From contig CAJFCJ010000026.1 of assembly GCA_904063045.1 (NCBI GenBank), forward strand, positions 226,964-290,963: 64,000 nt of DNA. The letters run 5' to 3'. Position numbers and translations under genes: made by a program. Source of the DNA: Dimorphilus gyrociliatus (taxonomy: Eukaryota; Animalia; Annelida). The notes under the pieces are model-generated. The model did not search any database, was not told the origin of the DNA, and was given only the letters and a program-made list of their open reading frames with translations. Below, one piece after another: positions 11,960 to 25,144 of the stretch. Positions within the stretch are counted from its first letter, which is position 1. Each line of letters opens with the position of its first letter.

Positions 11960-14900
11960 TGATAGATAGATAGATATAAAGTATAATTATACAGTAATGT
12001 ATACTGCATATGCATATATTTACAGATTTATGTATGTATGTATGTATGGAATTTTATAAGAACAAATGCAATAATAATCGTGATAAATAAACATTTAATA
12101 GAAGCTTTTTTTATGCAAAAAAAAATCGTAGTTTGAATTTAACCGAGTGCTAATGATCCTATTTTTTACAGCAATGTTCACTAATAAGTTGGAAGTTTAT
12201 GATTATATCGCCCATATTGAATACCATAGTTAGATATTCCTTTAAAATATGTATTACTGTTGTTATGTTGAGGGTAGTCGTCTCGAAAACGTATTTACTG
12301 ACCACATAATTTCTCAACACGAACATATAGTATATATTTTACGTAACAAAGGGCAGTGAATAGCTAATTATATTATTTATTACGTTAACCTTATAATTTA
12401 GTAATTTTAGCTCTCGACAGAGAAATTTTAAAAATAAATTGTAGTTGTTAAATTTTCGATCAACACCTGTTGAGGACAAAGAAAAGGGAAATATTTTGTC
12501 TTTTATTTACATTTCTTCTTTTCTTTAGTAGTTCTAGAATTGGTATTACAGATTTGTAACTAGATGCAGTTGGAAAGTAAAAAAACTAGATTCAATTATA
12601 TATTAGAGCCTTTTGTTATGGCTTCTATATAGCCATTGAATAACACATAAAAGCGTCTAATCTCTTAGTTTTTGGCAAGCTTAAACACGATCATCAACAA
12701 TTCTTTCTAAAAATTAAACACTGACTTTTTTCAGTCAAGAAAATTAGTTTCCTCTTTTTAAAACGAAATTAAAGAACCTATTAATATTGGACAAGAGTGG
12801 TGTTGCTATTGACTGCAGAGAGACCAGAGGCGTCTTGATTGAAATGTATACTAAGTAAAAGATATAGAAGAAAGAAAAAAATTCTGTATAAAAAAAATCA
12901 CATCAGCGAGATCGCGTTCCTCGTAGTCAACGGCTACGAACGACAACAAACCCAACTGTGAAAGAATAAATAGAGACTGAAGCTGTAATTTTTGAACGTT
13001 GGGCAGGTGAGAGAAACGCTAGCGTCTGTTACTGTGGGTTCTCGTCGCTCATTACGATCGCCTTTGATGGCACCATGATACGCTTAATGAGCGACTGACC
13101 TCCTACAGAGTACCAAAGCGCTGGCGAACGAGTACATCACGGCCTAAAGTTAGCAGCGTCTAACCAACGTGTAGACGCTTTCCCCGCTCATTTCCTGCGC
13201 AGAGTGCACGCATCGCAGCTGTAAAACAATCGATATGTTCGATATGTTTTGGTTTTGAGGCAATCAATGGTGCCAGCTGACTGTCGTTTATCAGCTTAAT
13301 AACAATCACAAAACTACATTCGCCCAACCTCAAAACGCCTCAATTACTAGCAATTGGTGCAAACGCACCATCAGACTGGCGCCATTAGACGCTTGTTGTC
13401 CTGACAACGCTTGTAAACATTGCCCGTTAAGCTTATGAAAGTATGCTGATTCAGTAGCGGCAGCGGCCAACTTTTATTGTAGAATATTGTTACATTGCAT
13501 GTATTTAGCTATAGCGTTGTTTTGTTTATTGTATACGTCAAATATAGACTTCTATGTCATTCTTCTTGGTACATTCAATTTTTAAATTATCATTAAAAAG
13601 AACAAAGGCAATAAAACGATAATCGCAAATTTTTAACGGTTAGCGGAATTCTAAATATTAACGCATATTCTACTCTATTTTCTGTAAATTTTAGATTATA
13701 ATAAAGCTACATAAAAACATGACATCGCCTTATTTTATTATTGAAAACGTGCGAGATTATTATGATTATTCAAGCTATTGGCAAGCGCCAACAGTCAGTC
13801 TATTGTGCGCGTACAGTTGAACTATTGCAGTAGCCATGGCGTTCAAGCGCACCGTCATTGTGTTTCAACACGGGCGCTCACGCAAAAATATATTACGGAG
13901 GGGGGCCCCGTTTTTTCGAAATGCAATTAACGTACGGTCGAACATAGCCATTCCATTTTAAATTCTTTGTCTATAACACGTGGTGCCAGCGTCGCCGTGC
14001 ACCGTTTCACTATTAAACAAAAAGAAAAAAAAAAGCGTCAGACTGCGCGATGCATCGTGGCGTGACAGCTGTTACCAAGCCAGCCGTAACAGCAGAAACA
14101 GCAGCAGTAACAGCAGAAAAATCGGTAAACAATTCAAAAACAACAGTAATACCGCGACCGGTTTTGAACAGCAGCAAACATCAGCAAAACAACGTCCAGC
14201 CGAAAGGAAATTGCGATTTTCAAGGTGGCTACACTCGAAAATGAAGTAGCGCCGGTTCGGAGCATATTGCTCGCGGACAAATACAACTTCAAGTATACGC
14301 AGCACACATGCATACAGAATTTTAATAAGGAAATTCAAGTAGAATAAGGAAACCGTCCTCGCCGTGACGAAGAGTAGCCATGCATGCCGTATTTTTCCTG
14401 AAAGACGCGCACAAATCGGATGGTAATTTTCTTAGCGTTTCGCCTCAATCCCAAATCTCTCATCATATTTGTGCATTGCGTCTCTGGCGATTGTCGCACC
14501 CACTTTTACTAGACGGCATAGGCGCACCCGTTATCAGACGCCACAAGGGCCAAATAGCAAAAGTTGGCCGTCTAGATAAAGCCAAACTGGTGCACGTAAG
14601 CAACGAGATAGACATGCAGAGGGCGGGTGGCAACCGTTTAACAGGCGAAGGGTGTGTCCAGTCTATAAAGACCGTGACGAAGATTTAGACGGTTTTTAAA
14701 GAAGCGAGATTTTGTAACAGTAAAATCTTGGTATTTTTAAATATTATAACGGAACATAAATAGGTCGCACCAAGTAGATTTACACAAAAGGTGGCCTTTC
14801 TCGTAGGCGCAGTTACGTTTCAACATGCCCCGTTCCGGTTACTGCTTGTTCGACGCGCAAACTTTATAATCTAGACGCGTTTTTTCCCTGATATTCCCTT

Positions 14901-15106
14901 TATCATTAGCACTCGATTAAATTCGATTTGTTATTACTTGTACATAGGCTTCAACTTATTCACCTTAATAACTAAATATAAATTTAAGCCCATACATTTC
15001 TAACCTTCATGTACACATACATACTCACAAATTTGCATAAATATATATATATACTTAAATATAAATCTATGTATCTATATTTATACATATATATATATAT
15101 ATACAG

Positions 15107-15137
<31 letters not shown>

Positions 15138-16406
15138 AATTTATATATATATATGATATGTGGAATATAATGAATGTATGTATAAATATAAGTTCAGGAT
15201 AATAATAAATATTCTACAGAACTTAATGAGAGAGTAACTGTTGTAAAAAAAGGAGAAAAGCTTACTAGACTTACCAGCCAAGCGCAGAGCTGACATCCGC
15301 TGAAACTCTGGTTCTTGAAGCCATTTCCACATACGACGAAAAGTTTCACGGCCTGATTTCAGCTTCGACCACGGTTTAGGATTGCGTAACAGATCGGATA
15401 GAGTGCCTTGAGATCTACACAGAACACGCTGAGCAAATACAGCTTGAGGAATACTATAACGCTTCAATTCGCTGCTAATCTTCTGCGCCAATTCCTTCGT
15501 ATTAATCTCCTCCATGTCGTGCTTACCGTCGAGAGCTCCCCGCTCGCGAACCGGCGACATGGGCGAGTGGGCGGCGTGAGGAGAGGGCGTAGAACCGTGC
15601 AAACCGTTAAGGTGCATCATTGAGGTGTTGGGCGAATGCATTCGCGAGCTGCTAGTAGGCGAGCCGATTCCGGCTCTTGAGTATTCATAGACGGAATTTG
15701 GCGACATCATCTTCGGCTCAGGTTTTGGTGACATGATGCCATTATGTTGGCCATAAGCGGCCGCCGTACTGTAAGGAGAGGGTCCAAGTGCTTGAGGTGT
15801 TTGGTGGGCGGCATAACCGTTTGAGGCCATCATCACATTAGCGCTCATACCCATCATGTTAGATAACTGAGGTTTAACATCATAGCGGGCGTAAGCTGCT
15901 GATGTATTCATATCTACCATTGTATTCGACATAAGACTAAAACCAGATCCGCTCATATTTGGCGGTGAGGCTCCATGTCCAGCGGCAAATTTATCGCTCA
16001 CCGTCGAAATCGGAGGTAAAGGTTGGAGTGGAGTAAGAGTAGCGTAGCTGTTTGCCGACACGGCCTGATGATGATGATGGTGGTATGATGAGGGACTCAT
16101 ACGTCCGTTCAAAGTATGATAAGTTGCCGCTTCGGGAAGAGATCGGTAATCGCTGGCGTCGATCATTGCAGACACCGTTGAGGAATTACTGCCGTTCTGA
16201 TTTGTAGTCGCAGACACTGAATTAGCTGTAGCAGCGATGCCTTCCGATCGTGAAATGCTAGGCGACAGTTCGGCCGCATTCATTAAATCCTCTTGCTGCT
16301 GCTGCTGCTGTTGCGGCTGCTGACTGGCGGATGGTGGTGTGCTACCGCCAATACCGCTCGTGTCGCTGCGGATGCTTTGCTCTCCACCGCCGTTTTCCAT
16401 CGTCAT
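10579..16406 (-). CDS. onecut: Onecut (HNF-6 family) CUT-homeodomain transcription factor with two alternative homeodomain exons
   Basis: Exon 1 has a poly-His tract, the STP box YATLTPLQPLPPISTVSDKF and the CUT domain EEINTKELAQKISSELKRYSIPQAVFAQRVLCRSQGTLSDLLRNPKPWSKLKSGRETFRRMWKWLQEPEFQRMSALRLA. Two downstream exons each encode the ONECUT-type homeodomain with FFMNARRR. Confidence 0.95.
11120..11457 (-). CDS. onecut: Onecut terminal exon 2A (proximal homeodomain exon)
   Basis: Acceptor ttttctaatacag|CT is phase 1. It encodes ACKRKDSEMPKAEIPGPKKPRLVFTDIQRR...NFFMNARRRSLDKYTD...VHQN*. Exon 1 + 2A = 1470 nt (489 aa). Confidence 0.9.
11866..11976. repeat. Compound microsatellite, (TA)n followed by (GATA)n, in the Onecut intron
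   Basis: Directly visible tatatata... run, then gatagatagata... Confidence 0.9.
15040..15155. repeat. Imperfect (TA)n microsatellite near the Onecut exon 1 donor
   Basis: Directly visible TA runs. Confidence 0.85.
15275..16406 (-). CDS. onecut: Onecut exon 1 (N-terminus plus CUT domain)
   Basis: The first ATG is at 16406 (the ORF track start at 16415 is a GTG). The phase-1 donor CTG|gtaagt is at 15275/15274. Confidence 0.93.
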
Positions 16407-17906
16407 TTTCGGCACGGCTACCGATCGATCGATTTATACTTACTCGATAATAATTTACGCGTCTTTTTACTTCTATCAACGCGCCGATCTCGGATTGACG
16501 AGCGCCTATTTTAGCTAGATACAAGCTATTTTCTATACAATTTAGCGTCCATGTTTATACAGCTGCGTATTAAATGCTGCGCAGTGTTCGATTTGCGCAC
16601 AAAACATTTACAATGCGCATGTCCGATAGTGCTGCCACAATAAAAACTCCGTAACCTTCGTACATTTACGCGTAAATCGAATTTTCGACCGATCGAAAAA
16701 AAGGCGCGCTTTTTCTTCTTTATCTCTTGCTCTTTGTTTTTTTTCTAAATTTTACTATTGCAGTTTTAGATATTGTCTATGTTAAAATACAAATGCAAAT
16801 TTAAAAAGCACTGACTACAGAGGGCGTACTCTGTCGGTGTATCCAGCGCTGTTACTATGTGGCAAAAAAGGGGAGTTAGATATAGTTTTTGTTACTTTGA
16901 AAGAAAAAAGTAGCATCTTCAAAGCGTTTATTACTACTACTAGCTGTCCTGTAGTAAAAAGAGTATGCCGCGCCACCGACGTAATAATATAGGAATTCGA
17001 TACGACGCGCGCGCTTATATCGATATTTTTTACGGCCGGGGCGACTTTCGACGAACGCATGCCAAGTAGGCTCGAATAAGTCACGGATGAGAAGCTTCAT
17101 CGCACCTATGGGACGTTTAATCCGATGTCCTGAGACCAGACCGAATGTGTGACGAGCATTGCGCGCGCGTAAGTGACGAAATCGATAAATAAAGCGTCGG
17201 AGACGACCGTGATTGCGCTAACTGCGCAAAAGGAACTGCGGACTGATGAAATTTGTCGTGCGACTGCATCTTCTTTTTATATGCATTTATATACTGTTAT
17301 ATAGTACAGAATTGGCTGCACAGTAGCACTTTTTCATCACCTCTATTTTCTTGTATTACTTACAATTCTCTTAGTTTTTAGCATCCAGAAATAACAACAA
17401 AAACGCTCTATATATATATACAGTCTATATATTTATACTTGATACCAAAGTCATAAAATGCGTAAAGAAAAGTATATAATGCTTGTATAAGTGTTCGTTC
17501 AATTAATAATAATTAGACCGCCCATACATTGAAAGTCAACGGTAGTATTATGATAAAGATATTCATTTTTTTTATTGTCAGAAACATACTGTAAAATTGT
17601 AAAATAAATTTAGTTCATACGTTATTATATTCTTCAATCAATAAATAAATAAATATAAACGTATATACTATGCATATACAAAAGTGAGAATTGAATGTAC
17701 ATTATATAGATTTCATAGACGACATTAACCTAGTAATATTCATATAAGAATATAATTTCTTTCTAATTCATGTAGCTCTACTTTTCTTTAGTCTATCGCA
17801 GAATGTGATAGAGAATGAAATAATTCGATAATGGTCCTACATAGGAACAGTCGGCTATTGTCGGCCTAATCTTCTTTCGACGAGGCCGTGACGGGTCAAT
17901 CCGGCG

Positions 17907-17914
17907 TGACGTCA
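17907..17914. promoter_or_regulatory. CRE-like palindrome TGACGTCA in a GC-rich patch upstream of Onecut
   Basis: Exact CREB/ATF consensus in the sequence. Function is untested. Confidence 0.3.
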
Positions 17915-20900
17915 GAGCCGTATTCACGGGGCGTCAGAAAGGAGAGACGTCGAGCGTTTTTTCGCTAATTTTCAAAGCGTGTCGAAACGCGTTTTAGACG
18001 CCGCCGGTTGAACCGCAAACAAACAACAGACGACTCGAATTCTGCTCGTCGATCGGCAAACGGCTATTGTCTAACGCCATTTAGCTAAGCTAACAAAAGC
18101 TCGCAATTCGAACTGCGAAACGTGTGAACGGCAGGCCTTCGCCGCCGGGTCCGAACGGCCGCTTGTTTGCGTAAATTGTTTGCAGAGTTTGTCGAGCGTT
18201 TGTCGTTGATTAGCCGGTAAACGAGGCGGTGATGATGCGGTTGAGATTTACGTTCTCGTCCACATGTAACTCGAGCTAAGTCGGTTATTGATAATCGTCA
18301 CCATCCATCAAGTGACGGCGTAAGGTGCCTGGCTGCCTACTTGCGTACTTCCTTCCCTCTTCCAGGCGTTTTCCCTTCTCTCTCGGCCCTTTTATAGGCG
18401 TTATACAATACCATAATATTGCATATTGTATATTCTATATACTCATTGTTCTTTTGCCCTTGCCAAACTTGCCATCATTCATCAACCTCGTCACGGACCG
18501 CTGAGTGTCTACCGCAACGGGGAGCGCGTGTTTGCGTGGCCGTAATTAATCTCCTGTATACGTATACCTTGCCTATTCGGAAGAGAGTTTGTTGACCGAA
18601 TCTGATCGGAATATTTTCAGACAATCACAGCATTGCGCAGATTTCCCTAACAATTCACTTATGAAATATTCACCTTACAATCGCGCATCATCGGTCGTAA
18701 TTTCATATAATTTACCCTGCTTTCCGACTTTTTTTGTCCCCCATAACTTGGTGCATTTATAACTGGGCGCCTGCGGCGTCTAGAAAAACGCAATTATTCG
18801 TAAACGCCTGATTTTATCTCCAATTATCGCGTCGCCGACACGTTTATACCTGCAAACCGCCGCCCACAAAGACGGCCGCCTCGCGATGCGCTCTTGATTG
18901 AAATATATGGCCGAGCAAGTGGCAATCGATTCGACCGTAATCGACTGTCGATGTCATGGCCCGCACATATACAGTACTGCATATACTCTATGCCGTTTTT
19001 AAAATAGAATATGGGATGTATACAATTTTTTCCCAATGTTTGCACAGTACAATATATTTCAAAAAACAAGCGTCCTGAATTTTGTTGTTTCATTTTTTGA
19101 AGAGGAGGAAAAATCTTCATACAACAATTGACTAATCAAGAAATAAGGAAAACGGCTATGTGAAAAACGTTATATCCAATTTTAAAAAAGATATGCAATA
19201 CTGAGGGAAAATATTTGTTAACGTTACATTTGCCTGCTAAGGGGAAAAAAATATTTTTCAAACTTGGAAAAAAGAAAATACTGCCGTTTATTTGTGTCGT
19301 GTATGTAAAAAGGTGGTTTACTTCGATCAGCAAACGATGCGACCAACGATCGATCACGTTGTTCATTTCGTCAATGATCACGAGAGTTTGTTGTGTTGAT
19401 CGTTCCAACTTCGATCACAACCGTGTTGCGCTCGAACTCCGATCGAAGTAAGTCGCTCTGTTTATTGAGGCTCGAATTAGTTTATAAGATAGTGGCAAGA
19501 GTCGCGCTAAAAGTTCGCCATATCAATTAAGGCGTCAATACTCCCTTAAACGATGTTACGATGTCTGATTTTATACAGTGCATGTCCTTATCAAATATTT
19601 TTACGAAGAGTTACTGATAACTAACAATCAAAACCATACTGAATGTATTTCAATTTATCATATATAAATATGTATATGTGTACTTCATCGAACAGTGCAC
19701 GGACATTTCATGGCGAGTTTTTCCGTTAGGAGATTATTCTTTTATTTCTTCTGCGCCTTTCATCAATTATAATACTGGAATGGATATAGGCTCTTATTTT
19801 ATTTTATAAATGTACTCCTTCTACATTTTGCCCCTTTATATGAACATTGAACTCTTACAAAGGTTCACATTTTAAGGGTCGTTTCTATGGTATTAGAGCA
19901 TCATTTAATGAAACGCGCCGCCCCTAATGAAAAGGGTACTCCTGGTTTCTCATAATTTCTAAGGTGACGGTGGCTTTCCTTAAATCAAAGTAAAGCGGTT
20001 GCAATGGCGAGAGAAATCACGTTTTATTTAGCATAAAATCGATGTTTAGTGTTAAGTATAGACGTCGTATATCGAACTGGTGAATCGACTTTTTGACAGC
20101 TGTATATATTCATGTAAAAGTATATATGTGTATGTGTCCTAACCTACTCTACTGTGAGGTGATAGGTATAAAGTGTTCAGGGAAGTATGATGCAGAACGA
20201 GTCCTGCCCATGACACTTCGGAAATGATTCTGCTGCACACGGCTTGACCAGCGGCTAGTCTATGCTTGATTGAGCAGGCGCTGTTTAAGAAGGGTGAGAG
20301 TTGGAGCAGGTGCCGTTTAGCGGTGTCAAATGCTCGGCTTAGCGCCCGAACGACGCTTGCCTCTCTAATGTAGGTTCTGTGTTGAGATGTCGGACGCTTG
20401 AGAGATGAGACGAGCTCCTCCTCCTTTCCCAATCTTCAAATTTACTTGCTAGTATTTAAGTATAGGCTATTCAGAGTGGTAAATGTCTTATTTTACTGGC
20501 CAATTTGTTTGTCCGTAGTCCCAGAGATAAAATAATCAATTGTGATTTTAAATTGATATGAAGTATATTTATTTCTTTAAATACAGACTGTATATCCCTC
20601 TTGGATATACGCTTTGCAGTAGCACCCAAGTGCGTGCGAATAATACAATCTGACCATCCCGCTGCGCTTCAAATGGTGGGAAGAGAGTCAGCTGCGCAAA
20701 GGTGGCCCGACTCGGACACGCTTTCTTCTTCGCACTCCTTATACCCTTGTCTATAACTCTTTTCTTTACCCGTCTACCACTCTATATACCTATATTCTAG
20801 AGCACAATCGATGTTACATCTTTTGTATTTGATACATACGCAGCATATAATACATGGACAACACGCGTGTGCTGAAACATGTCCTTTCATTTATTGTATG

Positions 20901-23900
20901 TAACAATATGTAAACTATATACTCTCTTTCACGTTAGATGCATAATAAGCATTTACTTCATTCAAACCAATTACACCAAGAATTGTACCATATGCTTAAT
21001 ATATTAGAACCTCAATTTCATTAGGATACAAATTCATATATGATATAGTTTCTCCAATGTACCTAGTAGAAAGTAGACTTGGTCATTGCCTCTTCATATA
21101 ATGCACATGCTTCAAAGAACAGTACGAGTAAAAGGCGATTGTCGTTATTCACTTAATAGCCTCTTGTATCGTCTACGTGCTGTAACGCTTCAATTCACAG
21201 CCTCCCATTGTAAGGTGTGCCATTTGCAAACACCGTGCGACGCGTTCATGTGTGCTCGTTTGCAGTTGCTACACCACACAGCAAATACCTTATTCCTCCT
21301 TTCGCTTTCTTACCCGACATCCGTAATAACATGCTTCCGTGTAATGGTACATAAAATCTCACACAATCTTACGAAGGCAGTAACGCCCACTGCTTCTCTT
21401 AAACAGATTATTATCACAATTGATACGGGGAATCGGAATTAGTGGTGACGGTGCCCTTTGGCTCACTTATTTGCAATTAAACTTGGATGATTCCTAATTG
21501 TGTAGAAGATGCTGCGATGAAGAAAGGGGATAAGGCAACCGTCATGGTTATTGGCTTACAAAACTAGAGTAAAAACAAGCTAACTGTTGCTCTTCGCATT
21601 GATCTTCAATCACAGTCGATGCACTCTTCTGTACACCGAGCGCGGTTATATTATTTAATAATTTCTTTATATTATTTCCCCCTTCACTTTTTCTATCTGT
21701 CCAAGAAACTAGCCAGTAATGGAAGATACGCTTTAAATATCATTCCGTGTATAATGCTATACGCAGTAATACACGTCATGCACGCATTACTTGTTACGGT
21801 TATTTAACGAAAATGAACGTTGCGCAAACGTTCGTTTAGTCGTTACTATTGATTAATATTTATCGTATATTCGAGTGCAATAATTGGCAATTGCCCTCCA
21901 CTGACTATAAAAAGTTATTCCCTCCCTTGTAGTTTATTTCCAAACTTGACAGTGAAATGAAAATTACGGGCGCATGCATATGTTGATGATCGCCTATTAA
22001 TGTCGTATAATGTCCGTTCATTGTGTTTAGTCTGCATTTATTACGACGCTCGTTAGGCGTTCGTCGGCAACGGCGCAAAGTTTGCCAACAGATCGTATAT
22101 AATCCTTCGCAAACTACGTAGAATTTTATCGGTTTGCAAGTACATATAAATTTGTGTATGCATAGATTCGTGTGTTCGTGTGTGTATACATCGCGGGCTG
22201 TAATTATCGGATGAATTATGAGTACTAATTACTTGTATGGAGATAGAGCTGATAAGTTATGCAATTGTTCATCATACACGTGTATACATGAGCGTATAAT
22301 GTGTACGTATCGTTTTTCGAACGTAACCAATTCACGCTTTTACGCTCGTTCAATTTTCGTTTCTGCTGTTCGATTTGTCTCTCTCCGACTTGCTGTTTGC
22401 CACTCTGAAAAAACTTCAGGCCTATATTAACGAATGTGCTTTATAGTTTCTTTTGTAGCGCGTATAGCTTTTGTTGACATTAACTGGAGGCTGTTTGTCG
22501 TAGATGAGCAAACAAGGTCGAAAACATACGAGTGCGTCTTGATCAATATTTCCTCCACACATATACACATACACATAAACTTATACTGTATACCGCATAT
22601 CTATATATACTCTGTATATAGAATAACGCTTATACATTTATAAATTATATACTTTTAATTTCTATACTTAACAATTATATGGATGTAAATGACATGTTTC
22701 TTTAGAGTTAAACGTATAGTGCAGGTTATATGGGTTTGCCCGTATACGTTAAAGTATGTACACAGTGCAGTTTGTTAGTGTTCTTTTACTTTAAGTAATG
22801 ATTAAACTTATTAAAAAATTTAAAGAAATAATACAATTAATTAATTCAAATATTTCCTATTATTGCGTTTAGATTTCATTGATTTATCTTAATTTTTGCT
22901 CACGGAAGAAATATAGCAGATGTTTGCCAAGATTTTGCAGAAGTTTTCTGGACAACAACTGATAACTATGATGAAATTTTTATCCTAAAAATATCTTTAA
23001 ACCATGTGGTAAATAGGAAAAAAATTGATTTTCTTTTTTTTTTTAATTTTTAAACATTCAAGTTGAGTTAAGGTTAAACTTCATATAAAATAGCTAGAAT
23101 ATCTAGGGAAAATATAAAGTATATACAATGTTATAGCTATATGCATAAGCCTAACAACATTTGTTGCTGTGAAAAGCCGGCTGTCACATTTGTTCAAGCT
23201 GTTGACATTTGCCGCGTGCATCTTGCTTCGTTTAATGGCCGACAGCGTGGCGAGAGCCGCTTATATAACAAAAAAGATGAATTGAAAAATAATACATACT
23301 TGAAAAGAAAGAAAGAAACAAAAGACATTGAACGGAAAAGTACGTAAAAGAATAGGCCTAGGGCTAATTATTCTCATCGATAGTCGCCAATAGATCAAAG
23401 GATCATCGGACGCTCTATGCATTCAGTTTTTTTCTGTGCGTTTTAATATAATGCTGGGAGCTTTTATGACGAACTAGTCATTGCAGCTTCAGGGGCAGGA
23501 AACGTGAAGGGTTTTGGGATTATTTTTTATAGCTGTTCGGGCACAATCCTCCACTGGAAATGGCTACAACGAATTCGGGAAATTGTGGAGAAAATCGCTT
23601 GTGAATAGCTTAGAAAATCAGAAAAATTTCAGACTTTTAGATTTTTAAATGAAACTACAAGCAGAAAATTAAAAAATTCGTATACTGTATATATATATAT
23701 ATATATAGAGTAGTGGGTAACGATTTCCATTAATCGGAAATAAGCTTGCTACACCTCTCGCCGACACCCACAGTTTCGTCTTATCGGCGCACGACGAACC
23801 GGATATAGGTGGTGCTTCAATATGTTTTTGATGCGCAAATTTGATTGGTGAGCGATGTGAAAGAGCATTGTGCGGACGAAGGCTTATCGTACAGGCGTGC

Positions 23901-25144
23901 GACTATTAAAAAAAGTCAATTGAAACTAAGTGATCGATGTCTGTAACAAAGTGCGCTTTCGATTAAGCGGGTGCGGAGTATATTGATGTGCATCTGCCAG
24001 TTAAACTTAATTTTTCTCTATGTCTAATCTTCCCCTTCAAAATCCAACATTAACTCTCTTGGGCTTCTATAATTAACCTTATTCGCGTGCTGCAAACTGC
24101 CCTTAAACAGGCATCTCGTTTCCTTCGCATCTATATACTTGTAAAAGCAAGGCAAACGCAATCAGCCATAGCGCAATTCACATAAAAGCGATAAGTAGAT
24201 AAAAGATGTGAATTTGATGATGCTATCGCCTTTGGCCGTCTGCTCCTTCCCGCTTTTAGCTCAAGCGCAACGTACTTGAAGTTGAAGGCGACGCATATGT
24301 TTGGCAGCCGGCGTTCAATTGTATAAAGCAGTAAAGCCGTTATTCAAGTGTCAAACTTTTATATTGCTGACTGCAAAATTCACCGCTGAACATATTGTTT
24401 TCAGTATTTGTTCAGGTGGTCGTCAAAGTTGGCTGCTGTGTTCATGCACGCGCCCCACGTGCGAATCATACGTTTCAAAGTAATATTCATAGATTATATA
24501 ATCTAAGGAGACGTGCGAAAAAAGTAGGCCATTTATAGATTTCAGTTAGTCGTTTGCGCGGGTGGAATCGAACGCTAGAAAGATTAGAATCGGATTATTT
24601 TCTTTTTTCTATTCAATTCTTTCAGTCGGTTGAAATATTAGTCTCATTGACAAGCAATTCTAACGAATAACAAGTTAAAGTTGGCGTTGTACTATAAGTA
24701 GCTCCATCTGTTGGCGAACAGGATTACTTGATTCGAATTTTAGAATGCAGGTACTAAAATATTCATATCCTATAGATGGCTCCTGTGACGTGGAAGTTTA
24801 TGATGATATACATTGACCACCAGGACTGATTTAAGAAAATTTTTTAATGAATCAAATGATTATGTTCGAAAATACAGTTAAGTTATTGTTGTACCGAACA
24901 ACAATACTAACTATGCAGTCACTCACTTTTCCCTTATGACTTTACAAAAGTTATATTGTTTATGAATGAAAATTGAAGTGAATGGTAAAATAATCGAAGA
25001 TATCGATGATTTAGGGCCTATCCCTTCGATCGATCAGACGTGTACCAGCAACATTTGTTTACCAGCTGAGAAAATGGCGCCGAAACAATTCTGCTTTTCC
25101 AGTTAAAAACGCAGATCTTCGTGTTGTTATGAAGTAAATTAACA

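Noticed and set aside
16342-16524. Out-of-frame ORF overlapping the Onecut start (possible uORF)
   Set aside because: It starts at TTG, not ATG, and is an artefact of the ORF caller's alternative starts.
22880-23670. Short open frames with AG/GT-like ends (for example VRAQSSTGNGYNEFGKLWRK...) suggesting a small secreted gene
   Set aside because: No start or signal exon could be joined in frame without stops, and I recognise no homology. RNA-seq would be needed.
24545-24600. B-box-like GTTCGATTCC on the minus strand suggesting a tRNA
   Set aside because: The T-stem does not pair and no A-box or cloverleaf can be built.
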